Shown piece after piece: positions 1-13,469 of a stretch of 64,000 bases of DNA. The notes below the pieces were generated by a model. The model made no database searches. It saw only the letters and a list, made by a program, of their open reading frames with translations, and had not been told where the DNA came from. Location: NCBI GenBank assembly GCA_951406725.2, contig OX597832.1, positions 60,698,001-60,762,000 on the forward strand, given 5' to 3'. Both the position numbers and the translations under genes were made by a program. The DNA is from Octopus vulgaris (lineage: Eukaryota). Position 1 is the stretch's first letter, and each line of letters starts with the position of its first letter.

Positions 1-1200
1 TTAGTTCAAAACAGTCAAAATAAATATCGCAGATCTCGAACGATTCTGCCAAGCACTGACCTTCCATAATATACGAAATGTTTTTGTGAGTTAGACTTTA
101 ACAAGATTAAAAAGTATGGAAGGAAATACAAGACATAATCTTAATCTTTTAACTAATGAAACAAATTCGTTTTAAATTATCTTCACAACATTATATGCTC
201 TACTTACCAACTGGTTATTGTTACATTAAGAGGTTCTGTCTCAGTATGATTGCAATAAGCGGCTTGTATACGCTAAGATAAAAATGTAGTGATATCTACA
301 CACACACACACATATATACATACAAATACACACACATACATCATACATACATCATACATATTGATAAAGTAGATACAAATCGTTTGCAATGAAGTGTTTA
401 GAGATTTACAACGTATTAGTAAGTAAGCGCGCGCACATAGATACATACACATAAACACGCGCGTACACACCTCATAACACCCAAAACATAAAGAAAAAAA
501 TATATATACATTTTTACTAAACATTCTGAAGTTTAACATCTGGATCTGCGAGAGTTTTATAGCTTCTGCATATGTTAATGTGCGCAGTAATGCAATATGT
601 GTGTAGATATGCAATACACTATATATGTGTATGGGTGTAGATAGTAAGGAATGGGGTGTGTGAATGTATGGGCAATCAGTATGTGTATATATATATATAT
701 ATATATATAACACTATCTTAATAGCTTCAATTTACTGCCAGGCATTGGTTTACTTCACAAGCTTAACCAGGTCTAAATTACATACGTACGTATGTAGCAT
801 ATATATATATATGTGTGTGTGTGTGTGGTGTTATGTTATGTTATGTATGGGGTACATTACATACATATAATAATGGCGGTATGTACAGACGGCCAGGACA
901 CCTTGATCTAGACAAGGGAAAGAAAAAAACATATCTTTAGGTGCCTCTGTGTGTGTGTGTGTGTGTGTGTTATGTAGAAATATGGAGATTGTAAATGTGG
1001 TGGAATGACTATTATAATTACGGCTCCATATTTTCATGGTTAAGTGTGAAAAAGTGGTTAATACAACCGATGTTGTATATATACTCTATATGTGTATGTA
1101 TATATCTACATCTAAATACATATATACACAAACACACACACGATATATCCATACATTTTACACACCATATCTATGTGTAAATGTTTGTATGTGTATGTAC

Positions 1201-1243
<43 letters not shown>

Positions 1244-1634
1244 TATATACGTATGTGTATATATAAAACGTATATATGTATGTGTGTGTACATATAATGT
1301 ATGTATATATAACACTATTAAGTTGATTGCTGTTTATAGAAATCTGAAGAATACACCTTGCCAATTCTTTTCCAGTCTCCACTAAATAAACAGATTGGAA
1401 AACCAGACCATGTTTTTTGGGTTTTGTTTTTTTCCATTTTTCTCTGGTTCTTCACTACCTTTTCACTTAACTACTGTACATGAATGAACATCACAACACC
1501 ACCCATATTATATTAATCACAACATCTCAGGCAGTGGTCTTGTGTGACCCAGTGAGGTCAACCACAAGACTAATTGTAATTCTATACAGAACACATTATT
1601 CCATAGGAACCAAATCACCAGAGAATGTTAACTT

Positions 1635-1940
1635 AAGACAGACTGGTGTCTTATCCAGGAGCTGTTGTTATCAGAAATAATTAACAGATCAGCTGGGAGG
1701 TTTAAGGGTGTAAGATTTACACTGTCCTGAAAGAGACTTAAACTAGATCGTCCGAGGAGATTTCTTTTTGTAATAGGCTATTGTCTTATCCAGAGGAAGA
1801 TTTTCATCTCGTTTATCAGGAACAGATACCAGATTATCCGAGGATGTTACTAACTGCAGTATATCAGTGTCCTACCTAATAATAGCATCTGGGGAAATTA
1901 CTTGTGATAGACTGTTGTCTTATCCAGGGGGAGATTTATA
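1635..1940. repeat. Degenerate short-motif repeat (TGTCTTATCCAGGRGAGAT-like, 3-5 copies)
   Basis: gactggtgtcttatccaggag (~1641), ggctattgtcttatccagaggaagattt (~1776) and gactgttgtcttatccagggggagattt (~1910), about 135 bp apart, with weaker copies between. Confidence 0.55.
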
Positions 1941-2099
1941 CATCAACTTAACTATGTCCTAATGACCATACCAAACCAATTTCCAATGTATTCCTCAAAG
2001 TAATGTGAATTGAAGTCATTGAAACTGCTCCCTACAGTACCCTAAGAAATACAGCTACTTATAGCCCCCTTTGTGAGAGCTTTCTGATGTGCTTTTTGT

Positions 2100-2559
2100 T
2101 TCATGACTACCTAGAGTACTTTCCATGACACAGCTACCTGGGGCCTTTGTGGGAGCCTCTATATTGTGAGCAACCTGCCAAAACTCCTTCAAATTCCACT
2201 ACCCCATTTGTGAAGGATACATGATAGATACTCCTAAGAAAGACAGGATGATCACTACTAGAAATAGTCTGACCTAGGGCTAAATGACAGCAACTCCTAA
2301 ACAGAGTACATTTCAGTGACAAAATTAACTAAGGTACTCTCGGCTAATGGTACATGGCTAATGAGTGTGACCTTGAGTGACACAGTTAGCCCATCGGTAA
2401 CATAGCTAACAAGATTACCCTTAAGTGATGCAGCTAACTAGAGTACTCTTGTGACACAACAATAGTACCCTTGGGTAACAGAGTTTAGTTGAAGGCTCTT
2501 GGGTCACACTGATAAGTACAGTACCCTTTTGTAGAACAGTTAACTAGGGTAAATGGTAC
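2100..2559. repeat. Degenerate ~28-30-bp minisatellite (GTGACACAGCTAACTAGAGTACYCTT-like)
   Basis: Recurring variants: gtgacaaaattaactaaggtactct, gtgacacagttagc, gtaacatagctaacaagattaccctt, gtgatgcagctaactagagtactctt, gtagaacagttaactagggta. Confidence 0.55.
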
Positions 2560-2789
2560 TTAACGCTTTTGATACCAACCCAGTTGAAACAACCTCTGGC
2601 TCTTTAGTACAAATGTTTTGTTTTCATAAGTTTTGAATTAAAATCTTCCATCAAACCTTAGTCACAATTTATGTTCCTAACACTAGCTTAATGATAACTA
2701 GGTTATTTTACTAAATTCTTTGTTATATTTAAAATTAATTGAAAGAAAAACAGAGAATCTCAACAGAAATATGGTAACGAAGGGGTTCA
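2560..2789. mobile_element. piggyBac-like non-autonomous MITE (degenerate)
   Basis: Left end TTAA-CGCTTTTGATACCA. Right end TGGTAACGAAGGGG-TTCA, whose reverse complement is TGAA-CCCCTTCGTTACCA. This gives imperfect TIRs bounded by TTAA-like sites around an AT-rich non-coding interior. Confidence 0.6.
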
Positions 2790-2979
2790 AGATACTCATA
2801 AGTTTAATGTGAACAAGTCGTAATAGAGGCTAAATCCTTCAATCACTTCTCAAAAGGGCTGGGGAAATAAGTATCAGTAATATAAAAATTCACACTTCAA
2901 TTAATTATAATCCCAGCTCAGCTAAGATTGAACAGATGTTCAAGTCATAAGTTATTACTTTTATTCTCTTTATAATTAT

Positions 2980-4390
2980 TCTTTTCTACTCTATGCACAA
3001 GGCCCGGAATTGTGGGGGAGAGTGCCAGTCAATTAGGTCGACCCCAGTATGCAGCTGGTACTTAATTTATCAACCCCAAAAGCATGAAAGGCAAAGTCGA
3101 CCTCGGCAGAATTTGAACTCAGAACATAAAGACAAACGAAATATTGCTAAGCAGTTTTCCCGGCGTGCTAACGTTTCTGTCAGCTCGTTGCCTTCTCTTT
3201 ATAATTATTGCTATCATTATGATTAGAGTGATGAGTTGGCAGACTTTTTAACACACTGGACAAAATGCTTAACTGCATTTCGTGAAGTGTGCTAACAATT
3301 CTTTAAGTTCTGAGTTCAAATTCCACTGTGGTCAACTTAGCCTTTCATCCATCCGGGGTTGATGTTATCAATTTCTGCCCAAAGCTGCTACCTGCGCCCA
3401 AATTTCAAAGAGTTACCCTTATTATTATTATTATTATTATGGTTTAAGCTGGCAGAATTGTTAGCATGCTGGACAAAATGCTGAGTGGAATTTCATCCGT
3501 TGCTATGTTTTTGAGTTCAAATTCTGCCAAGGTCGACTTAGCCTTTCAATTTTTCAGGGTCAATGAAATAAGTACCAGTTATGCACTGGGGTCGATGTAG
3601 TTGACTTACCCCCTCCTCCAAAATTTCAGGCTTTGTGCCTTTAGTAGAAAGGATCATTATTATCATCATTAAGGTGGTGAACAGGTAAAATGCCAAGTAG
3701 CATTTTGTCCATTGCTATGTTCTGAGTTCAAATTCCACCAGGGTCGATTTTGCCTTTCATCTTTTCAGAGTCAATGAAACAAGTACCAGTTATGCACTGT
3801 GGTTAATGTAATTGACTTGCTCCTTCTCCCAAAATTTCAGGCCTTGTACCGATAATAGGAAGCATTATTACAATCATTTCAAATTTTGGTATAGGGCCAC
3901 AATTTTAGCAGCGGGGGTGCAATGAGTACCAACACTCAACTAGTACTTTATTCATTGGTCCTGGAGTTCATAAAAATAAAATACCAGTCAACTACTGGGG
4001 CTGATGTAACTGACTTCCTCCTCTTTTCAAAAATGCTAGCCTTCTGCCAAAATTAGGAAGCATTTTATTACCATTATTCTTTTCTACTCTAGGTACAAGG
4101 CCCGAAATTCTAGGGGACGGGACCAGTCGATTAGATCAACCCCAGTACGCAACAAGTACTTAATTTATCGACCCCAAAAGGATGAAAGGCAAAGTCAACC
4201 TCAATGGAATTCTATTACCATTATTATTATTATAGGTGGTGCACTGACAGAATCATAAGCACACTAGTTCTAAGTTCAAATTCTGCCATGGTCAACTTTA
4301 CCTTTTCATCTTATCAGAGTTGATTAAAAAAAGTACCCGCTCCCTACCTCCCTCAAAATTGCTGACCTTGTGCCAAAATTAAAGATCATT
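2980..4390. mobile_element. Cluster of ~8 tRNA-derived SINE family B copies/fragments in both orientations
   Basis: Repeated head (GG)CGAGCTGGCAGAA...GTTCTGAGTTCAAATTC (B-box-like) and core GTCGACTTTGCCTTTCATCC...GATAAATTAAGTACCAG. Minus copies ~2980-3195, ~3880-3950, ~4080-4210; plus copies ~3225-3420, 3440-3655, 3670-3865, 4232-4390; (TTA)n runs lie between them. Confidence 0.85.
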
Positions 4391-5676
4391 ATTACCTCCA
4401 CCTTAGCAAAGGCAGAGGTATTGTTATTATTATTATTATTATTGTAGTGATCGTCATTAATTAATTCAAGCTTTGACAGCAAAAATGTTTAGTATCTTTT
4501 TTTTACAGGTTTTTTTCTTTTGTATTCTGGTTGCAATTTTATTCTATTTCTTTAAGAATCTTTAAAAAAAAAATTAAGACACTTAAGTACTGGGAATAAA
4601 GTATTTAGTTCTTTGGTTTGTTTGTTTTGTATTTGTCTTTGTTTTTATAGTTTTCTTTGTATTTTTAATTAAGTCAGAATCAGGCTGCTAATAGACTCAC
4701 TGTAAAAATATATAAATAAAATAAATTAACAAATAAAAACTGGTTTGACGAGAAATGCCTGGTTCCAATGAATCAACCAGTCACTTTGAAAGCTCAGGAA
4801 ACAATGGGACTACTACTACTACTAGCAGTGACGAGAGGGGTTAAGGGAAGGAGTAGTGTGGGACAGAACTTTAAGTGGTCATGAAACTGGTTAGAAACAG
4901 CACCCAAATCTTTTCTTCGCTATACTGAATCCATGGACAGGTGGGGCAAAAACCACTAAACAGGTAAATGACCCCCAACCTAGTCGAATCTGGTCTGATC
5001 CACTGGAAAGCAAGTACAGCGAGCACTTGCACAACTCACAACTATAAAAAGTGCAAGGGAGGGGTCGTAATCGAGAAAATACAGCAACAACTAAACGATG
5101 CACAGGATGTAGCCCCCTTTTCTGCACTACGCTGCATCCATGGGCAGAGGGGCCAGAACAATGGAACTGTCAAATGAATCAGTCCAGTCTAGTTTAATAC
5201 TGTCTTCTCCACTGCAAACCATTAAATTGCATACTCACACAAGACGCAACTTCAAACTCTGGGTGAAGGATTGCAACTAAACAAACACCCTGGTAATTAA
5301 TGAGTTTTATTACCAACACCTACTTGCAGTGCTGGGTTCACATTCTTCCCAGGAGGGCTGTATGGGGCAGGGATAGACCAAACAAAGAGATTCTGTGTAA
5401 TGGAATTGGAAAAAATTGAGACCATAACTAACATGCTAACTGAAATCTTCAAGTAACAGAACCTTGAAAATTTACTTAATCAGTTCCCTTGTTTAAAACC
5501 ACAATCACTTAGCCCTTTCAATGCTATTCAGCAAAAGACCCCATTCTGATATATGTATTTAGGCCCCAGATCTGCAGTTTACAGATAACATTCTCCTGTT
5601 AAGTTCACTGGGCCTATAACAAAATGGCACTGAGTCAACCATTTTCCTCTAAGTTGTGCTTATGTATGTGTATGTA

Positions 5677-5722
<46 letters not shown>

Positions 5723-5723
<1 letters not shown>

Positions 5724-6092
5724 TTGTTTCAGTAATTTGTTTCAGTAATTTGACTGCTGCCATGCTGGAGCACCCCCTTTAGTCAAACAAATCGACCCCA
5801 AGACTTACTCTTTGTAAGCCTATTATTCTCTCGGTCTCTTTTTGCTGAACTGCTAAGTTACAGGGACGTAAACACACTAACATTGGTTGTCAAGCAATGA
5901 TAGATAGACTAACACAAACATATATATATATATGTATATATACACACACACGACAGGCTTCTTTCAGTTTCAGTGTACTAAATCCACTCAGAAGGCTGTG
6001 GTTGGCCCGAAGCTATAGCAGGAGACACTGGAACTGAACCCAGAAGCATGTGGTTGGGAAGTAAGTTTCTTACCACACAGCCACGCCTGTGC
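5723..6092 (-). mobile_element. tRNA-derived SINE family A, near full length, CpG-decayed
   Basis: Aligns by eye to the 35526-35947 and 63015-63385 copies (head GGCTGTGTGGTAAG, internal TA/CA microsatellite, tail CCAGCATGGC...CAGTCAAAT.ACTGAAAC). Many CpG->TpG/CpA changes. Confidence 0.9.
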
Positions 6093-6306
6093 ATCTTCAT
6101 AAAATCCACTTTGTTGAGGCAGATTTTCTATAGCCCGATGCCCTTCTTGTCACCAACCTCGCTTCTTTCCGAGCAAGATAACATTACCCCATGGTCAGAC
6201 ATTTTTCTTCATGGAGTATTCAAAACAAAGGAGATCACTCGTACGATGGTGATTCTCCATTCAAGACAGGAAGAGACGAACACCCATCTCACAAATCACA
6301 CATACT

Positions 6307-6347
<41 letters not shown>

Positions 6348-6351
6348 GGGG

Positions 6352-6480
6352 GGGTTAGTGTAGAGTGTAGCATTGATGAATGATTGTTAAGATTGTGGTT
6401 TCAATTCCTGGGCTGGGTGATGCATTGTGTTCTTAAGTAAAAGAACTGATTTCATGTTGCTCCAGTCCATTCAGCTGGCC
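6352..6480 (+). mobile_element. Degenerate tRNA-headed SINE (family C-like) 5' part
   Basis: GGTTAGTG...GATTGTGGTTTCAATTCCTGG...TGTGTTCTT.AG.AA resembles 12255-12470 and the reverse complement of the 26148-26532 head. Confidence 0.6.
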
Positions 6481-7146
6481 AAAATGAGTGATCCAGGACA
6501 CCTGTCCAGAGCAGTAGGGATAAATACACCACAGAATCCAGGTAATTGGCCTTATGAGTATGTATCAGGAAGGCCCTTTGACTCTTCAGATATATATATA
6601 TATATATAAATAATATATAAATGATTGCTGAGACCCCTTCGGTCATGACTGACCATGGGATTGCACCTAGATAGTTACCCTCCCAGGTACAAGTCCGGGC
6701 AAAGTGCCATGCAGTGGGACTGAACCCAGAACCATGAGGTTCGGTAAGCAAGCTACTTACCACACAGCCGCTCCTACTCCTTACTTCATTTACACTTTAT
6801 ATCTTATTTTTATTATATTTTTGTTATTATCATTTATTATTTTTAAATTTTGAATTTTTAATATGGACATGCATCCCATTCAAGCCTTATAAATCACTCT
6901 AAGCGTGATTTCATTTTCGGACTTAAAGTACTGACGACTGGAATTTTTTATCTTCTACAAATCTTTATTATTCCTTAGCTCATAAACGAGCACAAAAAAA
7001 ACAGTTGTACTATACACGGAGTGTTGTTTCCATTAAAAATTATCTTATTCTATATATCTGTCAATTCAAATAAACGAATAAAAACGGTCGTGAGGCCATA
7101 CATAAGAAATGTGTTAGCTTGATGTTCGGTGGCAAGAGAGAGAGAG

Positions 7147-7180
7147 TTCCACGTTTTAAGCGTAGCTCTTCATCGGAAAG
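7147..7180 (-). ncRNA. Degenerate minimal hammerhead ribozyme motif (Penelope-like 3' remnant)
   Basis: Minus strand reads CTTT-CCGATGA-A-GAGC-TAC-GCTT-AAAAC-GT. This matches CTGATGA(A)-stemII-GAAACGT with U4->C and CG->TA decay at C-GAAA. Confidence 0.5.
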
Positions 7181-8225
7181 GAGAAAGGGAAAAGACCAGA
7201 GATGGAAAGGAAATCGCTGATGGCACAGGTGTGTAGGTACATTGCTGAAGGAAGACACATGGAATTGAGGGTCGTTGAAGAGGTCACAGGAAGTGGGACA
7301 AAAGATTTCAGACAAACGACACTAAAATAATACTAATAATAATAATAATAGTAATAATAATAAGGCTGATGTGAAGAAAGAGTATATAGTCCATGTGTTT
7401 ATGCGGCAAAAAACAAAACAAAATGATGACCATCCCAAAATAGAACGATATACATATATATGGTTTTGTGTGTGAGTGTATGTGTGTGTATTAAAATTTG
7501 ATTTTATGAAGATTGACATAATAATAATGCAAGAACAACCAAACTCAGCTGATTTATGAAAAAAAAATTTTTTTTTTTAAATTAGAATTCAATTAAATAA
7601 ACACAAACACACAGACATGCAGAGACTGAAAAATCTCAACATTTCTCTCTTTCAGAACTGAAATTAGACACAGCATTGAGTGCAAAGCATAAAAGTTCAC
7701 CTATTAAACATTGGTGTATATATGTATACATGCATATATTTATACATATATATATATATGCGAATGCGTGTGTATATGTATGTATATCATATGTAGGTGT
7801 ATATATAATGAAAGTAACTATTAATAATTATATTTCAACAACCAAAAAACCAAAAATCTAAACAAAACAAAATCTGTATTAACACAGAAATAATTCGATA
7901 AAACTTTATAAATAATTAATAGAATAGCAAAACTAAAAAAAAAAAGAAAAGGGAAAGTAATAACGACGATGATGTGATGATAATGATAAAAATTGTATTA
8001 ATTATTCATGTGATTAGTAATGAATAACGACAGGTAACAGCTTTTTTTTCTCTCACTCTCCCTGTCTCCTTCATTCACTCTCCCTCTCATTCTTTCTCTT
8101 TCACTCTTTTCATTCCCTACTAATATATCTATCATGTCTGTCTGTCTGTCTGTCTCTCACTCTCTTGTCTTTCTCTCTCTCGCTGTCAGATAGGTGAGTG
8201 TGAATGTGTGTATGTAAATATAGAT

Positions 8226-8345
8226 ATGTGTGTATATATGTATATGTCTATTACTATATGTATGTGTGTATATATGTATATGTCTATTACTATATGTATG
8301 TGTGTATATATGTATATGTCTATTACTATATGTATGTGTGTATGT
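8226..8345. repeat. 36-bp tandem repeat x3
   Basis: Unit atgtgtgtatatatgtatatgtctattactatatgt repeated three times. Confidence 0.85.
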
Positions 8346-10087
8346 ATGTATATATATATATATATATATATATGTCTATGCATGCATATATGTATGTGTG
8401 TGTGTATACATGTGTGTGTGTGTGTCACGTATGTGTGTGCTTGTGCATCTGTAGGTATAAATACACACACACACACACACTGCTCTCGACACAATTTCGA
8501 TGAGATACAATTTGTGCTCATGTAATATTCATGAGTCCACCCCCAATCAATCTATAATACTACAAGAACAATCAAAACAGCAGACAGAGAGGCAGGGGCA
8601 GGAGGGGCAGTAGGAAAAAAAGAGAGGGAGAGCCGGACAGAGAGAGAGAGAGAGAGTCGGAGTTTTGTGGAATGGTTTATACAGCTTGGGACAGCAGCAG
8701 TAGGTATTGTTTGGTTGCACAGCAGGAGAGAGAACAAGAAGCTTGTCCAACACAATACAAGTGTCGGCCATTTTGTCAGGACAACCAGCAGAAATTTTCA
8801 AAAGGGACAAAACTCTCTTTCTCTCTCTATCTTTGTGCATGTGTGAATATATATATGTGCATATATGTGTGTATATATAGCTATAATGTGTAAAAGGAAA
8901 GTGTGTGAGAGAGAGAGAATATATGTGCATATGGCTAAAGTGTGTGTGTGTGTGTGTATGTGTACACATCTATGTATGTATGTATGCATAATTTGATGGT
9001 ACATAAGATACATGGGTATGTTAGATGCACCCCAGCACATATTCAGAAAATAAGTTTCTAGTGCATTAAACCAAATAGTAATATCTTATAGGGGACCCAA
9101 CTCCACATATAAACTGGGGTGATTTTTGGAGACATTTTAGGGAAAGAAGTATGTTAAATATCATCAAATACAGTATTATAATAATAATAACAACAACACA
9201 TACACAGGCATATATATATGTTAAGTGTGTACAATCGAAGCTGTTCATTATTATCACTTTGGGACAGAGCTTTCTGATCAACAATAACTGGCTGATAACA
9301 TTAAGCAGAGATTACAACCAGAATGTCCTCCTGAGTGATTTGTGAGACCCCAAAAGTTTGATAATATTATCTATGATTTTAATAAGAGCTTTCTACTGAA
9401 TGATTAAATTTTGTGTTTTTCTTTCAAGATAGATATAGGTAAGTAGATAGATAACTTTCTTTATTGCTGAACACAGAGGGGGCAAATACAAGTGTAGAGC
9501 TTTTCTTTTCAAAAATGAAAAAGAAAAAGGGGAGAAAAGGAGAAAAAAGTAAAATTCCGATCAGGTGGATAGGTAGATAGATAGATATGTAGGTAGGTAG
9601 ATAGGAAGACAGATCTGCAGTAATAAATTTATTAAAAGCAATTAACTAATCAAGGAGCTTCAACATAGTACCTTGACTGCTAAAAATACCAGCCTAAACT
9701 CCAAGATATAGCTATATCCGACTTAAAAATAAACACAGGATGAATTATTATATAATGGTGTTAATCTAGCTACACTGCGTCTGAATAAAAGCTGAGATAT
9801 ATTTAGAGCTAAAACACTTTTGATTGCAAGTTCGCTTGACCAAGGCTAGAATTTCCTGGGCATGTAGAGGGCATAAAAAAACGGGTAGCTTATGTTTATG
9901 TGTGTGTGTGTGTGTGTGTGTACGTATGTATATGTAACTGAATAACACTATATGTGTGTGTGTGTGTGTGTATGTATATAGGTGCATCATATATATATAC
10001 ACACATACATATGTATCATATATATATATACACACACATACATATGTATGTATGTATATAGATCTATCATGTATATATAGATGTATC

Positions 10088-10126
<39 letters not shown>

Positions 10127-10264
10127 CATATACACACACACACAAAATAAGTGTAAATAATGTGTATATAAAGTTTAACTATCAACATCTATGCGAGAAT
10201 GGATATTGTGTGTGTAAAATGAGAGGGATGGATAGACAGATAAACTGATTCCTCACACATATTA

Positions 10265-10314
<50 letters not shown>

Positions 10315-10439
10315 TATAAAGAGAAATTGTTATATAAGACAATTTACCTGGACAGTTTTAAGACTAAATAGGTGAAGATGGAACTGAGACATACAATACA
10401 CACACACATACATGTGTGTGTTTGTGTATAGTAAGTTTT

Positions 10440-10488
<49 letters not shown>

Positions 10489-11019
10489 TTACATACACAC
10501 ACAGCAAAAGGACATTGAGAGAATAGGGGAAAATAGAGAGAAAGAGGTAAAATAGTAAAACCCAAAGAGGAGGGGGTGTCAGTGGAGGAGACATCAACAA
10601 AGACATGGAAAAACATAAATATATAAAATATAAAGAAAACAAAAAAAAAATATCACCCCCAAAGTGTAGAGGTAGTGGGTGGCAGGTGAGCGGTGGGATA
10701 GAACAAAACAAAAAAAAAACAAAACCAAGACCCATGCATGCAACAATACAATGAGTGAAAGAGAAAGAGGAGAGAAAGGAAAGTAATGAGTTGAGAAGGT
10801 GGGGGAGGAAAGGGAAAGGTGGGGCAGGCAGGGGGTTATGACCAGAATCAATAAGAAAACCATTACTGTGTTTGGGCATAGAATTTATTGGGTCACTATG
10901 AACTTGGTATGGGTGGTTTCTATTTATTTATATACTGTCCCCTAACAGGACGTTTACAGTGAAACTTTTAACAGGACATTATGATACTGACCATTTTTAT
11001 TATTATTATTATTATTTAT

Positions 11020-11242
11020 AAGGCGGCGAGCTGGCAGAACCGTTAGCACGCCGGGCGAAATAGGTTCGTTGGCCATTACGTTCTGAGTTCAAATTCCGCC
11101 GAGGTCGACTTTGCCTTTCATCCTTTCGGGGTCGATAAATTAAGTACCAGTTACACACTGGAGTAGATGTAATCGACTTAATTCGTTTGTCTGTCCTTGT
11201 TCGTCCCCTCTATATTTAGCCCCTTGTGGGTAATAAAGAAAC
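11020..11242 (+). mobile_element. SINE family B, young copy with LINE-like 3' tail
   Basis: AAGGCGGCGAGCTGGCAGAACCGTTAGCACGCCGGGCG head, GAGTTCAAATTCC B-box, conserved core, tail ...TTTAGCCCCTTGTGGGTAATAAAGAAA. Confidence 0.9.
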
Positions 11243-11258
11243 AATTATTATTATTTAT

Positions 11259-11613
<355 letters not shown>

Positions 11614-11900
11614 TGCATATATCGGTCCAGGACGTCACCAACAGTAAACAACAGGAAATATGAAAACAAATGAGTTGAATACACAAATGAGAAACAAATG
11701 GAAAACAGGACAAGTAACATAAAGAACGACCCTTCATCAGTTGTCGGCTGTCTATCTACTCCTCATTTCGAGTATGTGTGTGTGTGACTATAAAAACAAG
11801 CTTCTATACATATCCCTACCTACTAAACCCTATTTACAAAATACTCACCTACCCTACATACATATATACATTTAGATACACACATATATACATATGCTTT

Positions 11901-11940
<40 letters not shown>

Positions 11941-12062
11941 TACACATATGCACCTATTTTGTCATCATTGTTTTACAAATGTCTAATTCTTGATAGCAAA
12001 GGTTAAACAAGCCTCTTTAAGAAGCCGTCTCTTTCTCTCTTTCTTTGAGTGTATGTCTATGT

Positions 12063-12194
12063 CAGTTATGGGCAAGCTGCGACCCACAGGTCTTTCTAAA
12101 TGGCACGCCTAATGAAAAATTACATTGAATTTCTTATAGTGGGACGGCCCACATGATTGTAAGCCCACTTCTTGAAAAAGAGTACCCATGCCAG
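12063..12194. mobile_element. Short hAT-like MITE (same family as 47064-47213)
   Basis: Ends CAGTTATGGGCAA...TACCCATGCCAG; interior homologous to 47064-47213. Confidence 0.55.
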
Positions 12195-12254
12195 GAGTGT
12201 ACACACACACTCTCTCACACACACACACACTCACACACACACATCTGTGGAGGC

Positions 12255-12470
12255 ACATACTGAGCAGTGTGGGTGTCAAATTCATGAACATAAGATTGTA
12301 GTTTCAATTCCTGGGTCAGGCAATTTGTCATGTTCTTGAGCAAGACACTTCATTTCATGTTACTCCAGTCAACTCAGCAGGAAAAAGAGAGAATCCTACA
12401 ACAAGACTGGAGTCCCATCCAGGGGCAGAATTCACGCACAGTGGAAACTAACAAACCATCCCCAAGAGCC
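12255..12470 (+). mobile_element. Degenerate tRNA-headed SINE (family C-like)
   Basis: GGAGGCACATA...CAGTG...GTTTCAATTCCTGG B-box-like segment followed by TGTTCTTGAGCAAGACACTTCATTTCATG. Confidence 0.6.
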
Positions 12471-12513
12471 TAGATGGTTTAGGAAAGAGCTTTATCCTTG
12501 ATATATCTTTTAG

Positions 12514-12690
12514 CTTTTACTTGTTTCATTCATTAGACGTTGGCCATTCTGGGATGCCACCTTGAAGAATTTTTAGTCGAATGAATCAACCCTGGTGCTT
12601 ATTCTATCGATATCTTTTGCTGGTCTGCTAAGTTACAGGGACATAAACACAGAACACCAATTGTCAAGCAGTGATGTGGGACAAGCACAC
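12514..12690 (-). mobile_element. SINE family A 3' half, degenerate
   Basis: Homologous to the tail half of 63015-63200. Confidence 0.75.
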
Positions 12691-12691
12691 A

Positions 12692-12753
<62 letters not shown>

Positions 12754-12996
12754 ATTCAGTAGCACTTCAGTTTACGAACACCTCTGATCACGAATAAATC
12801 ATGCTATATATGTATGTATATATGTATATAGTACGGATGAAATTGCATATAGGAACACAATGCAATGGGTATATACAATAAGTTGTCAGGTTGATTTACC
12901 ACTTAAAACTCTGACTTGAATTGCAACTAAAACGAAAATTGGTCTTGTAGCTACCAAACAATGAATGGCTGTAAGTGATTCATCATTCTCACTCTC

Positions 12997-13031
<35 letters not shown>

Positions 13032-13284
13032 CACACACACACATACAGATAAATATGTACCTTGGCTGTGCGCTTATTGGGGCATTTTGGTGGGCCTTAG
13101 AAATGCTTGGTGGAGCCCATCTCCTTTCAGAGTATTCAGTCCCTCGTGAAGTTTAGCCTGCTACCAAGATGTGGCTGAGAATAGTCTCAGAGCCGAAAGT
13201 AAGTGTCAGGTGAGAACCATTGCACCTGTTCATCCCAAAGGGTGCTACTGCTGCAGGAAACCAAGGTATTCTGTTTTTACCTGT

Positions 13285-13445
13285 GAAAACCATGGCCTGA
13301 CAACATCAAGGACTGGACAGGTCACAAACAGTATAACACTGCTACGTATGAGAGAGAACAGAGACCAGTGGCAGCAAATGACTGTAAAAGTATCTACAGT
13401 GGTACCCAAACAATTGGCTGCATCAGTTAAGGGAACTTGATGAAG
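13285..13445 (+). mobile_element. 3' terminal fragment of an RTE-clade LINE (frameshifted ORF end)
   Basis: Translates as KPWPDNIKDWTGH, then after a frameshift TLLRMRENRDQWQQMTVKVSTVVPKQ. This resembles the W-x-DNIK-x-WTG...LLR-x-x-x-DR-x-x-W C-terminal pattern of RTE-type RT ORFs (family recognised from memory). Confidence 0.65.
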
Positions 13446-13469
13446 GATACATTTATATATATATAATCA

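Noticed and set aside
8760-8780. YY1-like/Kozak-like AAAATGGCCG on the minus strand as a gene start
   Set aside because: A single motif whose downstream frame runs into (CT)n repeat; insufficient support.
11715-11775. CTGATGA on the minus strand as another hammerhead
   Set aside because: No correctly placed stem II-GAAA downstream, and the permuted arrangement lacks convincing stems.
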